Origin: Candidatus Shapirobacteria bacterium | GTDB taxonomy: Bacteria; Patescibacteriota; Microgenomatia; UBA12405 | NCBI GenBank assembly: GCA_041665485.1 | Contig: JBAYIT010000001.1 | Location: 277,156 to 341,155, forward strand | DNA length: 64,000 nt | Direction: 5' to 3' | Shown: positions 45,210 through 55,053 of the stretch, piece after piece | How the letters are laid out: each line of letters starts with the position of its first letter | Position numbering within the stretch: the first letter of the stretch is position 1 | Made by a program: the position numbers and the translations under genes | Notes under the pieces: model-generated | What the model was told of the DNA's origin: nothing | Database searches by the model: none | Seen by the model: only the letters and a program-made list of their open reading frames with translations

Positions 45210-46082
45210 TTAAGTTTGATTTTTGATTAGGTGGGGAAGGGAGGCGGAAATAAGTATTAGTAAACCGCCGATAATAATGCCTAAATTTAGCGACTCATTA
45301 AAAAATAAAATGCCAAAAAAGACACCAAACAAAATTTCGGCCAGGCCGATTAGACTGCCAATGCTGGCATCGAAGTGCCGATAGCCTTCAATGGCGGCCC
45401 AGTTAGCCAAGAGCATACTTGAGGCATAACCGAGTTGGGCCAGCCAAGAAATTGGTTGATTAAGTGATGGTAGTGGGTCGTGAAAAAGTGAACTTAGAAA
45501 ACCATTGGCAATGACTTGGATGACAAGATAACCGATCATGATTTGAAATTCAGGATAACCGCCAACTAGTTTTCTGGGAATAATAACGGTGGCGCTACCC
45601 ATAAGCCCGGCAAGAATAGTAAGAATGGCAGGAAGAATTTGAGACGGGGAGAGATTAAGGTGATAAATAAAGAGCAGGCCAACAACAGCAAGAAGGAGGT
45701 TGAAAATTTTTGTTGGAGTTAATTTTTCTTGGAAGACTATTTTGCCAATAAAATAGCCACCAATAACGAGAGCGGCGTAAAAAAAGAGAGTAGCAGTGCC
45801 AATACTTAGGTGTTTAAAGCCAAAAAAATAGGGTGCTTGGTTGAGGCCACCGGCCATGGCGATAAGGGCAAGCCAGGGGAGATCTCTTTTAACTAGGGGT
45901 TTAAAAATATGAAATTTAAGATTAATAAGGATAATGACTATTAGTAGAAATAGACCTCGAGTCCAGGCCTGGGAAAACTCGCCAAAAGATGAGGACATAA
46001 GGCGGGACCAGATGCCATAGGTGCCGTAGAAAAATGCCGAAGTTAGAATAAGACGGGCTCCTTTATTTTGATTCATGGCCAA
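45210..46082 (-). CDS. EamA/DMT-family transporter (10-TM drug/metabolite transporter)
   Basis: 290 aa, ~10 hydrophobic helices in two EamA-like halves. Confidence 0.7.
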   Translation of the reverse strand: MAMNQNKGARLILTSAFFYGTYGIWSRLMSSSFGEFSQAWTRGLFLLIVIILINLKFHIFKPLVKRDLPWLALIAMAGGLNQAPYFFGFKHLSIGTATLFFYAALVIGGYFIGKIVFQEKLTPTKIFNLLLAVVGLLFIYHLNLSPSQILPAILTILAGLMGSATVIIPRKLVGGYPEFQIMIGYLVIQVIANGFLSSLFHDPLPSLNQPISWLAQLGYASSMLLANWAAIEGYRHFDASIGSLIGLAEILFGVFFGILFFNESLNLGIIIGGLLILISASLPHLIKNQT

Positions 46083-46114
46083 TTATCTCTTAAAAATAGT
46101 TTATAATCTAACTG

Positions 46115-46942
46115 ATGTCCGAAATGACAGACAACGATGTTAAATTACTTAAGCCGTACGGTTTGGAGGCGGAAGAAACTCTAATTTACCTGTATTTGCT
46201 TGAAAATAGCGAATTGTCGGCCTTAAAAATTAGTCGAGGAGTAAAGATGCCAAGAACAAAGGTGTATCGACTACTGGACAAATTAATTGAGAAAAGATTG
46301 GTGGTGCAGGAATTAGAAAGCACCGGTTTTAAGTTTAGGGGAAGCGACCCGTCGGAGTTGGGGAGAATGGTTTCCAGAAAAGAAAATGAAATTGTAGATT
46401 TAAGGGAAATGTTGCCGGAGGTAATAAAGAGATTAGAAAGTAAGTTGGGGGTAAGTAGGGGCGGGTCAAAAATTAAATATTATCGGGGGACGAAAGGATT
46501 ATCGCAGGTAAATTGGAATTTATTGGAAGCTAAGGGAGAAATCTTGAGTTTCGAAGTAGCCACGGCTGATGCCTATATGCCACAAGCAGAGGCAGAAAAG
46601 CTTAGGAGGGCTTTGGTAGAAGGGAAAATTTTGACAAGAACTATTACCAACAAAGAGAAAATAGAACCGTTTACTAAAGTGACAGAACTGGTGGAGAAGT
46701 GGTGGGAAATCAGAAATGTGACAACTGAAGTGTTGGATATCAAGGCAGATACCTTTATCTATAACGACATTTTTGCGGTATGTAATTATTTGGAAAATGG
46801 CAACGTGTTTTGTTTTGAATTAGAAAACAAACTGGTAGCCCAAATGCAAAGGCAGATGTTTGAAGTAATGTGGAAAACAGCAAGAAAAATGAGGTTGATT
46901 GGTAATGAGGGCAGGGCAGATATTAGATTTAATAATACTTGA
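46115..46942 (+). CDS. TrmB-family transcriptional regulator
   Basis: YGLEAEETLIYLYLLENSELSALKISRGVKMPRTKVYRLLDKLIEKRLVVQ (TrmB-type wHTH) + C-terminal sensor region. Confidence 0.65.
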   Translation: MSEMTDNDVKLLKPYGLEAEETLIYLYLLENSELSALKISRGVKMPRTKVYRLLDKLIEKRLVVQELESTGFKFRGSDPSELGRMVSRKENEIVDLREMLPEVIKRLESKLGVSRGGSKIKYYRGTKGLSQVNWNLLEAKGEILSFEVATADAYMPQAEAEKLRRALVEGKILTRTITNKEKIEPFTKVTELVEKWWEIRNVTTEVLDIKADTFIYNDIFAVCNYLENGNVFCFELENKLVAQMQRQMFEVMWKTARKMRLIGNEGRADIRFNNT

Positions 46943-46986
46943 AAGATAGGAGTTGAATAGGGGGATGATCGGGCTAGAATGAGAGC

Positions 46987-48591
46987 ATGAAATATATTTT
47001 TGTTTGTGGTGGAGTGGTGTCGGGATTGGGTAAGGGGATTGTGTCCTCCTCTTTGGGAATGTTGCTTAAACAATGTGGTTTTAAGGTTAATATGGTGAAA
47101 ATTGATCCATATTTGAATGTTGATGCCGGAACATTGCGCCCTGAAGAGCACGGAGAGACATTTGTAACCGATGATGGGGGGGAAACAGATCAGGATATGG
47201 GTAATTATGAGAGATTTTTAAATCAAAATGTGATTAAAGATGGGAATATAACTAGCGGAAAAGTGTATGGAACAATAATTGCCAGGGAAAGAGCATTTGA
47301 GTATGGTGGGAGAGATGTAGAAATGATTCCCGATGCGCCAAATGAGGTTAAGAGAAGATTATACGAAATGGAGGGTAAGAGTGATTTTGTGGTGGTAGAA
47401 ATTGGAGGAACGACAGGAGATATTGAAAATTTGATCTATCTTTACGCGGCCAGGGACATAAAGAGAGAGCGGGAAACAATGTATGTGATGGTGTCGTATG
47501 TGCCAATGTTGCGAAACGTGGGGGAGCTAAAAACTAAACCGACACAACAGGCGATTTCGAATTTGCGAGCCACCGGGATTAGCCCGGATATGTTGATTAC
47601 TAGGAACGAAACCCCCCTAGATAAGCCGAGATTGGAAACATTGGCTAAAAGATGTTTTCTGGACGATGACGCTATTTTTGACGATCCGGATTGTGAATCG
47701 ATTTACGATGTGCCCTTGGTTTTGGAAAAACAAGGAATCCTAAAAAAGATTTTTAAACATTTTAAAATGAGAACTAGAAGCCCTAATCTGACCAAATGGA
47801 AAAAGTTTACTAAAAATTCAAAAATTAAAAGCCCAGTGGTGCGGTTGGCATTGGTGGGGAAATATATTGGAAAAGGAGGAAAAATGCATCGGGATGTTTA
47901 TATGTCAGTAACCGAAGCCATAAAACATGCGGCGGCGGTTAATAAAATCAGAGCGGAAGTAGTGCCAGTGGAAGCTAGAGAGGGTTGTGGTGAAGAACTC
48001 CGAGAAGGAAATTTTAACGGGATGGTAGTTCCCCAGGGGTGGGGGAGCCGAGGGGTGGAAGGGAAAATTGAGGCGGTGAAGTGGGCGCGAGAGAATAAAA
48101 TACCGTATTTAGGGCTATGTTTTGGGATGCAGATGGCGGTGATTGAATTGGCGAGAAATGTCTGTGGCTTTAAAGGGGCTAATTCAACTGAAGCTGATCC
48201 GGAGACAAAATTTCCAGTGGTACATATAATGCCGGAACAGAAAAAGTATTTGGAAGCCCATCAGTATGGAGGAACGATTCGATTGGGGGCTTGGCCGTGT
48301 GTGATCAAAAAAGGGACGAGGTTGGAGAAATTGTATGGAAAGAATGAGATCCAAGAGAGACATCGACACCGATATGAGGTGAATAATGAATTTAGAGAGA
48401 GGTTGGAAAAGGCGGGAATGGTGATTTCGGGAACCAGCCCCGATGGAAAACTAGTGGAGGCAATTGAATTGCCAAAAGAAGTCCATCCGTTTTTTGTGGC
48501 CACCCAATTTCATCCGGAGTATTTATCTCGGCCATTAACCCCCCATCCGATATTTGTGGGATTTTTGAAAGCGGCGAAAGAAAAAGAGTAG
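46987..48591 (+). CDS. pyrG: CTP synthase
   Basis: MKYIFVCGGVVSGLGKGI...; glutamine amidotransferase LGLCFGMQMAV, HPEY. Confidence 0.95.
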   Translation: MKYIFVCGGVVSGLGKGIVSSSLGMLLKQCGFKVNMVKIDPYLNVDAGTLRPEEHGETFVTDDGGETDQDMGNYERFLNQNVIKDGNITSGKVYGTIIARERAFEYGGRDVEMIPDAPNEVKRRLYEMEGKSDFVVVEIGGTTGDIENLIYLYAARDIKRERETMYVMVSYVPMLRNVGELKTKPTQQAISNLRATGISPDMLITRNETPLDKPRLETLAKRCFLDDDAIFDDPDCESIYDVPLVLEKQGILKKIFKHFKMRTRSPNLTKWKKFTKNSKIKSPVVRLALVGKYIGKGGKMHRDVYMSVTEAIKHAAAVNKIRAEVVPVEAREGCGEELREGNFNGMVVPQGWGSRGVEGKIEAVKWARENKIPYLGLCFGMQMAVIELARNVCGFKGANSTEADPETKFPVVHIMPEQKKYLEAHQYGGTIRLGAWPCVIKKGTRLEKLYGKNEIQERHRHRYEVNNEFRERLEKAGMVISGTSPDGKLVEAIELPKEVHPFFVATQFHPEYLSRPLTPHPIFVGFLKAAKEKE

Positions 48592-48626
48592 AAATCAAAA
48601 ACCCCTCCGATATTATTCGGAGGGGT
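48592..48626 (-). terminator. Rho-independent terminator (bidirectional position between pyrG and rplL; strong T-tract on rplL strand)
   Basis: CCCCTCCG-atattatt-CGGAGGGG, minus-strand tail TTTTTGATTTC. Confidence 0.7.
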
Positions 48627-48648
48627 AAAAGTCTAAAAGAAAAAGCTT

Positions 48649-49035
48649 TTATTTGAGTTCGACGGTAGCACCTGCTGCTTCCAGTTTGGTTTTGGCATCA
48701 TTGGCGGCGTCTTTTTTCATGGTGCCGAGTTCGGCCGGGCAAGCATCAACCATATCTTTGGCTTCTTTGAGGCCGAGTTCTGGTTTGAATTCACGAACGA
48801 CTTTGATGACGGCGATTTTGTTGGTGCCGGCATTAGCGATGACGACGTCGAATTCAGTTTTCTCTTCGGCTGTCGGGGCATTAGCTGCGCCCGCCCCGGT
48901 GGGAGCTGGTGCGGCGACTGCCGCTGCAACCGCTTTGACGTCGAATTTTTCTTCTAAAGCTTTAACGAGGTCGGACAATTCCAAAACGGTCAGTTCGGAA
49001 ATGTCGGTTAGAATTTTGTCTAATTTTTTATCCAT
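48649..49035 (-). CDS. rplL: 50S ribosomal protein L7/L12
   Basis: [33 protein letters not shown]...[24 protein letters not shown]...ATVELK. Confidence 0.9.
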   Translation of the reverse strand: MDKKLDKILTDISELTVLELSDLVKALEEKFDVKAVAAAVAAPAPTGAGAANAPTAEEKTEFDVVIANAGTNKIAVIKVVREFKPELGLKEAKDMVDACPAELGTMKKDAANDAKTKLEAAGATVELK

Positions 49036-49156
49036 AATTTGGTTAATTTATAAAATTAATTTTCAATTTTCAAACTCCAATTTTCAATGAATGTTTTAAT
49101 TATTAAATTTAAAAATTAAAGAATTCATTGGTTTTTGAAAATTGTAAATTGAAAAT

Positions 49157-49669
49157 TTATTGTTTTTTGCTCTCAAGGGCTTTTAGTGTTAGAACCAATT
49201 GGGTTTGGTTGAAACGGAGAGCGTAGGAAAGGCGAAGTAGCGGGTTTTGCAAACCGCCAAGAAGCTGAGAGATAAGAGCGGATTTTGAAGGTAGGGAAAG
49301 AAATTTCTTAAGCTCGTCGGCAAGAAGAAGTTTTTGATTGTAGATGCCGTATTTGAAACTGGTTTTTTCTTTGTCTTTGTTAACAGTTTCAATTTCTTTG
49401 AGAGGAGCAATTTCATCCTGATCACAGTAAACAATGGCAGTGGGGCCGGTGAGAGCTTCCGGCATTTGAATACCAATTTTTGCTAGTGCTCTGGTTAAAA
49501 GGGTGTTTTTGACGACAGTAATCTCACCGCCGACTTGTCTGACTTTAGCGCGAAGATCACTGACTTGGCCGGCAGTTAGGCCTTGATATTGAAGAAGAGC
49601 GGCTGATTTGGTGGCTTCAAGCCGTTTGGTAACTTCTTTAAGTTGTTGAATGTTTTTAGAATTTGGCAT
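49157..49669 (-). CDS. rplJ: 50S ribosomal protein L10
   Basis: MPNSKNIQQLKEVTKRLEATKSAALLQYQGLTAGQVSDLRAKVRQVGGEITVVKNTLL. Confidence 0.9.
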   Translation of the reverse strand: MPNSKNIQQLKEVTKRLEATKSAALLQYQGLTAGQVSDLRAKVRQVGGEITVVKNTLLTRALAKIGIQMPEALTGPTAIVYCDQDEIAPLKEIETVNKDKEKTSFKYGIYNQKLLLADELKKFLSLPSKSALISQLLGGLQNPLLRLSYALRFNQTQLVLTLKALESKKQ

Positions 49670-49707
49670 GTTTAGTTATAAAGTTAAAAGTTTATAAAGT
49701 TTATCAA

Positions 49708-49738
49708 GTAAAAACGAAAAGCCCCGCCGGAGCGGGGC
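49708..49738 (-). terminator. Rho-independent terminator downstream of the GT-C gene / upstream of rplJ promoter region
   Basis: Minus strand: GCCCCGC-tccg-GCGGGGC followed by TTTTCGTTTTT. Confidence 0.65.
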
Positions 49739-49852
49739 GAGCACAATCTAACTTGTGGGCCTCGGCAGGACTTAGATGCTTTCGCAAAGCCGGCTATCTT
49801 CGGTGGACAGGGGGATTATAAAGTGGTTTGAGAGAAAAGACAAGGTTTTGGT

Positions 49853-51304
49853 TTATTGGTAGTTAATGTAGAGCCAGGAGAAAATTAATCTAGATGTCAG
49901 GGGATAGATCTTGGATCCTGGATCCTGGATGTTAGGAGATTGGAGTAAGTATAAATAGTAGGTTTGGGTGGGGGAGAGGGATTCCTTGGCAATTAGTTGG
50001 CCATTAGATTGACAATTAATACAGGCAAGAATGGGGGTGCCGGTGTCGGAGATGCGATTTTGGCGATACAACAAATAAAAAATGGGCAGAGAAAGCATGT
50101 TGGAATTGGGGTCTGAATATAAAGAGATAGGACCGGGGATTTGGGAGTCAAGTTTCGACTTAAGGGAATAGATAAGAGGAGCCTGGGATTTAATTTGGAT
50201 GGTTTTTAGATTAGAGAGGGTTGATAGAACTAAGAAACAAGAGATAAGAACTAAGAATAAAGGTTTAGATTTTTGGGAAATAATAAAGAGAGCCAAGCCG
50301 GTGAAAAAGATAACAAAGGGGTGGAAGGCAATTAAATATTCGCGAGAGCGGGTGCCGGGGTAGTAACGAAGGAGTAAGATTTGCAATAGGAAAGAAAGAG
50401 CTATAGGAATTAAGAATCTAGAATCTAGAATCTGGAATCTAGATTTAGAAATAAGAAACAAGAAATAAGAACTAAGAATTAGGAAAATTAGAAAATAGCC
50501 AAAGAGGGGGGAGCCGACGGTGACTTGGCCGAAAAGATGGGGCCAGAAGGTGCCAAGGTCTATTCGCCAAGAGGTGGGGGCCCAGAATTTGTGGACGTCG
50601 ATGGTGTAGTAATAGATGACACTTTTGATCCAGACTAAATTGTGAGTAAGATCGAAGTAGATTAGAGGAGCAAGAGATAAGAAAAAAGAGATAAGAGCTA
50701 AGAAGCAAGATTTAATGTTTTTGCGAAATAATAGGCTGGTGGCGAGAAGGGTGGAGAGGCCAAGAGATTGAAAGTGTTGTTGGAGGGTGAAGCCTCCGCC
50801 TAGGCCAATTAAAAAAGCGAATTTAAGAGACCCCGAAACTAGAAACTTGACGACAAAGTAGAGAGTCAGGGTGACGCCGAAGGCAACAATGACGGTATTA
50901 AGCATATCGGGCGAATTAGAGACTAATTCGACAGATACGGCAGAAAGTAGACTCATTATCAAACCTAAGCATGGAGTGCTAAGAGCAGTACCGATAAGAT
51001 AAAAAAGATAGACAGTTAAAAGGGAGAGGAGAGTAAAGCCAATCCAAGGGCCGGAGTCGAAAGGAAGGATGATTGAGAAAAAGGCGATTAAATAATCGTA
51101 GGCTGGGCCAAAGTTAAAGGCGCCAGCGCTGGAGGGCGAACCAACCAGAGGAAGGGTATGGTTCCTAATTGAGTAAAGAGCGATGGTGGCGTCGCGGGCT
51201 TGGTCTTGGTTTAGGACCCAACGGCTGGGGTAGTTGGCAAAGCGCCAAAAGGTAGCCAGGAGAAGAATCAAAATTAGATAAAACTTGGAATTAAATGTTG
51301 GCAA
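49853..51304 (-). CDS. GT-C fold membrane glycosyltransferase (ArnT/PMT-like), with low-complexity internal repeats
   Basis: 483 aa polytopic membrane protein; N-terminal loop NQDQARDATIALYSI resembles the DExxY/DEAxxA loop of GT39/GT83 enzymes. Confidence 0.5.
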   Translation of the reverse strand: MPTFNSKFYLILILLLATFWRFANYPSRWVLNQDQARDATIALYSIRNHTLPLVGSPSSAGAFNFGPAYDYLIAFFSIILPFDSGPWIGFTLLSLLTVYLFYLIGTALSTPCLGLIMSLLSAVSVELVSNSPDMLNTVIVAFGVTLTLYFVVKFLVSGSLKFAFLIGLGGGFTLQQHFQSLGLSTLLATSLLFRKNIKSCFLALISFFLSLAPLIYFDLTHNLVWIKSVIYYYTIDVHKFWAPTSWRIDLGTFWPHLFGQVTVGSPLFGYFLIFLILSSYFLFLISKSRFQILDSRFLIPIALSFLLQILLLRYYPGTRSREYLIAFHPFVIFFTGLALFIISQKSKPLFLVLISCFLVLSTLSNLKTIQIKSQAPLIYSLKSKLDSQIPGPISLYSDPNSNMLSLPIFYLLYRQNRISDTGTPILACINCQSNGQLIAKESLSPTQTYYLYLLQSPNIQDPGSKIYPLTSRLIFSWLYINYQ

Positions 51305-51819
51305 TAGGTTATTATAACGTGGTGAGGAAATTAGTATTATTTATAATAATTATTGGAGGGTGGGGGTGGAGTTTACTAAAGGAACCAAGCCATTGGAGTT
51401 TGGAAACGATTTTTTATCCGGCTGTTGGTGAGGAAAAGAGATTGTTTGAAGAGAAAAAAGGACTGGATATTTCGCCGGTTAAGCGGTTTTATTATAATAA
51501 AGCGACTATATATTTCAATCGCTATACGGCAAATTTTTTTGGACTGTTGGATGTTAATAGCTATTTTTTTGGTGGCCATCCGAGGGAGGATGTTTCGGGA
51601 AGAGTTTTCAGGCCCAAAATGTTTTGGCTGTTAGTGGTGCCGTTTTTCTGGGGTTTATGGCGGATGAGATTGGGAAGTAAGTGGTGGATAGCGTTGGCGG
51701 TATTGGCAGTATTGAGAAATCCGGATGGTTGGGATTTGATAATGGTGGTGCCGATGGGGCTGATTATTGATAACGGCTTTACTAATTTAGAGCAATGGTG
51801 GCGAAGATTGAGAAAATAG
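51295..51819 (+). CDS. Hypothetical membrane protein
   Basis: 174 aa, several Trp-rich hydrophobic helices. Confidence 0.4.
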   Translation: MLAIGYYNVVRKLVLFIIIIGGWGWSLLKEPSHWSLETIFYPAVGEEKRLFEEKKGLDISPVKRFYYNKATIYFNRYTANFFGLLDVNSYFFGGHPREDVSGRVFRPKMFWLLVVPFFWGLWRMRLGSKWWIALAVLAVLRNPDGWDLIMVVPMGLIIDNGFTNLEQWWRRLRK

Positions 51820-53411
51820 TTTCGATTTTGGGGATGGTGGTTTTATTTTTACTGGCGGGGTGGTTGCGGACAAACAAGGTTGGCCAAGTACCAGCAGGAT
51901 TTTATGCTGATGAGGCGGCGATTGCCTACAATGGCTATTCACTATTGGAGACTGGCCGGGACGAATATGGTAAGAGTTGGCCGGCACTATTTCGGTCGTT
52001 TGGGGAGTATAAAACACCAACTTACAGTTATCTTTTGGTGCCTATTTTTAAAATTTGGGGAAAATCGGTGGTAGTGGCAAGAGATTTAACTGTAATATCG
52101 GGATTATTGGCGATAATTGGAGTGATGGTTTTAGCGAAGATGTGGTTTAAAAGGTGGCCGGTATTATGGCTTTCGGGTTTGGTTTTGGCACTGATGTCTT
52201 GGCACATACTTTATAGCCGAAGTGTATATGAGGTGAACTTGGCGCTAACGATGACGATTTGGGGGGTGGTGTGTTTGGAATCAGGGTTAAAGAAGACAAG
52301 GTGGAATTGGGCGGTGGGTTTTGGTTTGTTGGCAATGAGTATTGTTACTTACAATGGGGCGAGAGTAGTGACGCCATTGTTGGGGTTGATATGGTTAATT
52401 TTGAATAGAAAAGAGATTTTTAGTAACAATAATCGAAAATGGGTGGTGGTAGCAGTTTTAGTCGGGCTGGTTTGTTTGTGGCCGGTGTGGCGGGTGGTAG
52501 CAACAACTGGATTTTGGGAAAGAGCTGGGATAAATATTTTTAATAACGGGCAGGGGAATTCTTACGACAGAATTTGGGAATGGGCATCGCTTTTGGTAGC
52601 CTACTTTAATCCTTTTTATTGGTTTAAGTTGGGAGACCCGGGGGGTAGATCGAGTTGGGTTGATTTGGCCTTGATGTTTGGCTGGCAATTGCCGTTTATT
52701 GCTTTTGGATGGAAACGGTTGGAAAAAGAAAGTAACAGGGTGATTTTTTGGGTGGTGGGGTGGTTGCTAGTGGCGCCAGTGGCGGCATCTTTGACCCGAG
52801 ACCCAATGGCGTCGATTAGGTCTTTATCAATGGTGGTGCCGTTGAGTTTGTTGATAGGACTGGGGATGGGAGAAATCGTAGAAAAATATAAGAATTGGGG
52901 CAGAGTGATAATTTTTGGATTATTTCTGGTAGGAACAGGGAGACTATATTTATCGATTTTTAAAATGACAGATTATTATCGTTTTCGGGATTGGGATTAT
53001 GGGCTGGCTCAAGTAGCAAGAGAAGTAAAGAAAATACCTGAAAATATCCCTATTTTGTATACAGGTAAGAAAATAAATTATATTCAATTAGCCTATTTTC
53101 TGGCTAAACCATTAGGTTATATTGAAGATAACTATGGTAGGAATGGAAGTGATTATTATAATACCGGCTGGTGGCCTGATAATAAGAAAATTGGTAGAGT
53201 TGAGGTGAGAGAGATTGTTTGGAAGGAAGATATTTTTAAGGATCAGATAATAATTTTTGGAGAGTTGGGATTAGAGCAAGATCAGGCAAATGAACATTGT
53301 TTGGCAACAGTATTTGAGATTAGAGGATTAGATGGGAAGAGAATTTTTTGGGGAGTGAGAACTAACCCGGAGTTAAAAAGGCTAATGGGAGATAGGGGGT
53401 GTGGAGAGTGA
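51795..53411 (+). CDS. GT39/GT83-family membrane glycosyltransferase (PMT/ArnT-like)
   Basis: GFYADEAAIAYNGYSLLETGRDEYGKSWP (N-terminal catalytic loop), ~11 TM helices + C-terminal soluble domain. Confidence 0.7.
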   Translation: MVAKIEKIVSILGMVVLFLLAGWLRTNKVGQVPAGFYADEAAIAYNGYSLLETGRDEYGKSWPALFRSFGEYKTPTYSYLLVPIFKIWGKSVVVARDLTVISGLLAIIGVMVLAKMWFKRWPVLWLSGLVLALMSWHILYSRSVYEVNLALTMTIWGVVCLESGLKKTRWNWAVGFGLLAMSIVTYNGARVVTPLLGLIWLILNRKEIFSNNNRKWVVVAVLVGLVCLWPVWRVVATTGFWERAGINIFNNGQGNSYDRIWEWASLLVAYFNPFYWFKLGDPGGRSSWVDLALMFGWQLPFIAFGWKRLEKESNRVIFWVVGWLLVAPVAASLTRDPMASIRSLSMVVPLSLLIGLGMGEIVEKYKNWGRVIIFGLFLVGTGRLYLSIFKMTDYYRFRDWDYGLAQVAREVKKIPENIPILYTGKKINYIQLAYFLAKPLGYIEDNYGRNGSDYYNTGWWPDNKKIGRVEVREIVWKEDIFKDQIIIFGELGLEQDQANEHCLATVFEIRGLDGKRIFWGVRTNPELKRLMGDRGCGE

Positions 53412-53427
53412 GGAAATGTGTTTTGAA

Positions 53428-53694
53428 TTAAATTTGTCCACAAAAGGTTTTTTGAAGAGATGATTTAATGAGTGACTGGTAGGGGATGTTGATTTCATTG
53501 GCCTGCTCTTTAATACGGTTTAAGAGGGTCTCGGGGAGACGAATTGAAATAGATCGACTAGTTGGTTTTAGGTTGGGGAAAGAGACCGGTTGAAAGTCGG
53601 TTGACTCAAAATAGTCAGAAATATCGATTTTGGCCCAAAAATCTCTTTCTTGATCTTCGTTTTGAAAATGAGGAATGTTAAGTTTTTTGATCAT
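53428..53694 (-). CDS. brnA: BrnA-family antitoxin, copy 2
   Basis: MIKKLNIPHFQNEDQERDFWAKIDISDYFE...SIRLPETLLNRIKEQANEINIPYQSLIKSSL; ~55% identical to copy at 36911. Confidence 0.65.
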   Translation of the reverse strand: MIKKLNIPHFQNEDQERDFWAKIDISDYFESTDFQPVSFPNLKPTSRSISIRLPETLLNRIKEQANEINIPYQSLIKSSLQKTFCGQI

Positions 53695-53974
53695 ATATTT
53701 TTGTTGATTTTCGGCCAATGTCTCTGGCTGAAATTATTCTAATTTTTTCTTTTCTAATGGTAAAAAAGATAAATAAAACCCTTTTTTTCTTGGTTTGGCC
53801 CAAAAGAATAAAACGTTTTTCTTTTTGGGAATGGAGAATATCTTTTTGGATTTTTTTGTTGGGGTCAAAAAATACTTCTTCGGCTTCGGAGTTGCCAACG
53901 GAGTGTTTTTGCCAATTTTTATTGATGTTGCCTTGATCCCAAATAAATTTAATTGGCTTGGGAATAGTTAACAT
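53678..53974 (-). CDS. brnT: BrnT-family toxin (DUF497), copy 2
   Basis: MLTIPKPIKFIWDQGNINKNWQKHSVGNSEAEEVFFDPNKK...KRFILLGQTKKKRVLFIFFTIRKEKIRIISARDIGRKSTKIY. Confidence 0.7.
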   Translation of the reverse strand: MLTIPKPIKFIWDQGNINKNWQKHSVGNSEAEEVFFDPNKKIQKDILHSQKEKRFILLGQTKKKRVLFIFFTIRKEKIRIISARDIGRKSTKIYDQKT

Positions 53975-53983
53975 TTATAAGTT

Positions 53984-54011
53984 ATTGTATATACTGGGTT
54001 ATACATTGTCA
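53984..54011 (-). promoter_or_regulatory. Sigma70-like promoter for brnT copy 2 (TTGACA-N16-TACAAT)
   Basis: Minus strand cTTGACAatgtataacccagtataTACAATaacttataaATG. Confidence 0.5.
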
Positions 54012-54030
54012 AGTAGAGTAAAATTAGAGA

Positions 54031-55053
54031 GTGAGGAGAAAGATGTTAATTTCGGGATTTGGAGTGGCAGTAATTTTGGGGGTGGTGGGGGGGTATTGGC
54101 GGTGGCGGAATTACTGGCTGGTGCCGACGTGGAACGGTGGGCAAATTATTACGAATAATTTAGAGAAATATGATTTCGATAGCCTTCGTCGAGTTTATAA
54201 AGTTGAAAGTTTATCAAGTGACAAGATCGAAATACTAGGACCGATCAGAGAAGTTGAGGATAGGCGAGCCGTCTTCGCTAAAGCTACGACGAGCCAAGTT
54301 AAATTTAAGAGCCAGGGGAAGTGGATTACGGGGATGATAAATTATTATCCCGAAAAAAGTAGTTTAAGTAAGGTGATTATTATGATTCGGGGGTATGCCG
54401 AAAAGGCGGGCTACTATAGTGGCTTTGGCAGTTGGCGGGTGGCTGACGAGCTAGCCAAGGCCGGCTATGCCACTATTAGTTTGGATTTTTTGGGCTATGG
54501 GGGCTCGGATATGGAGAGTACAGATATGATGGAAGCCAGATTTGAGAAAGTAGTGAATGTCTTGGATTTGATTGGGGCAGTAGAGAATTTGCCGTGGGTG
54601 GATAAAACTAAAATTGGAATATGGGCGCATAGTAATGGCGGGCAAATTGCCTTATCGGTCCTTGAGGTAACTGGCAAGAATTATCCAACAGTGTTGTGGG
54701 CGCCAATGACCAACCCCTTTCCCCAAAGTATTATTGACACAGCCAATGATTTGGACGATGGCGGGGTAGCAGTTAAGGCAACTTTGGCACAATTTGAAAA
54801 AAAATATGATGCCAGGCGGTATGCTTTTGAGAATTATTACAGCTGGATAAACGCGCCGGTGCTGATTTTGCAGGGGGACAAAGATCCGTGGTGTAAAGTT
54901 TCATGGCAAGAGGCGGTGGTTAATAGTCTAAAAAACCTTGGAAAACAGGCAGAATTAGTGATTTTTTCAGGGGCCGGACATAATTTGGAGACGAAGTGGG
55001 AGGAGGGAGTAGTTGTTACAAAAAATTTTTTTGATGGTAAAATTCCCTGGTGA
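54031..55053 (+). CDS. Membrane-anchored alpha/beta hydrolase (dienelactone hydrolase/S9-like)
   Basis: N-terminal TM; nucleophile elbow GIWAHSNGGQIAL; C-terminal ...GDKDPW...GAGHN. Confidence 0.65.
   Translation: MRRKMLISGFGVAVILGVVGGYWRWRNYWLVPTWNGGQIITNNLEKYDFDSLRRVYKVESLSSDKIEILGPIREVEDRRAVFAKATTSQVKFKSQGKWITGMINYYPEKSSLSKVIIMIRGYAEKAGYYSGFGSWRVADELAKAGYATISLDFLGYGGSDMESTDMMEARFEKVVNVLDLIGAVENLPWVDKTKIGIWAHSNGGQIALSVLEVTGKNYPTVLWAPMTNPFPQSIIDTANDLDDGGVAVKATLAQFEKKYDARRYAFENYYSWINAPVLILQGDKDPWCKVSWQEAVVNSLKNLGKQAELVIFSGAGHNLETKWEEGVVVTKNFFDGKIPW

Noticed and set aside
48653-49090. 145-aa plus-strand ORF
   Set aside because: It is antisense to rplL (L7/L12), which is clearly the real gene.
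49740-49850. tRNA or structured L10-leader RNA between the GT-C gene and rplJ
   Set aside because: There are no cloverleaf elements (no GTTC/T-loop arrangement). The only strong structure is the terminator hairpin, and the promoter-like element lies after it, so a long L10 leader is unlikely.
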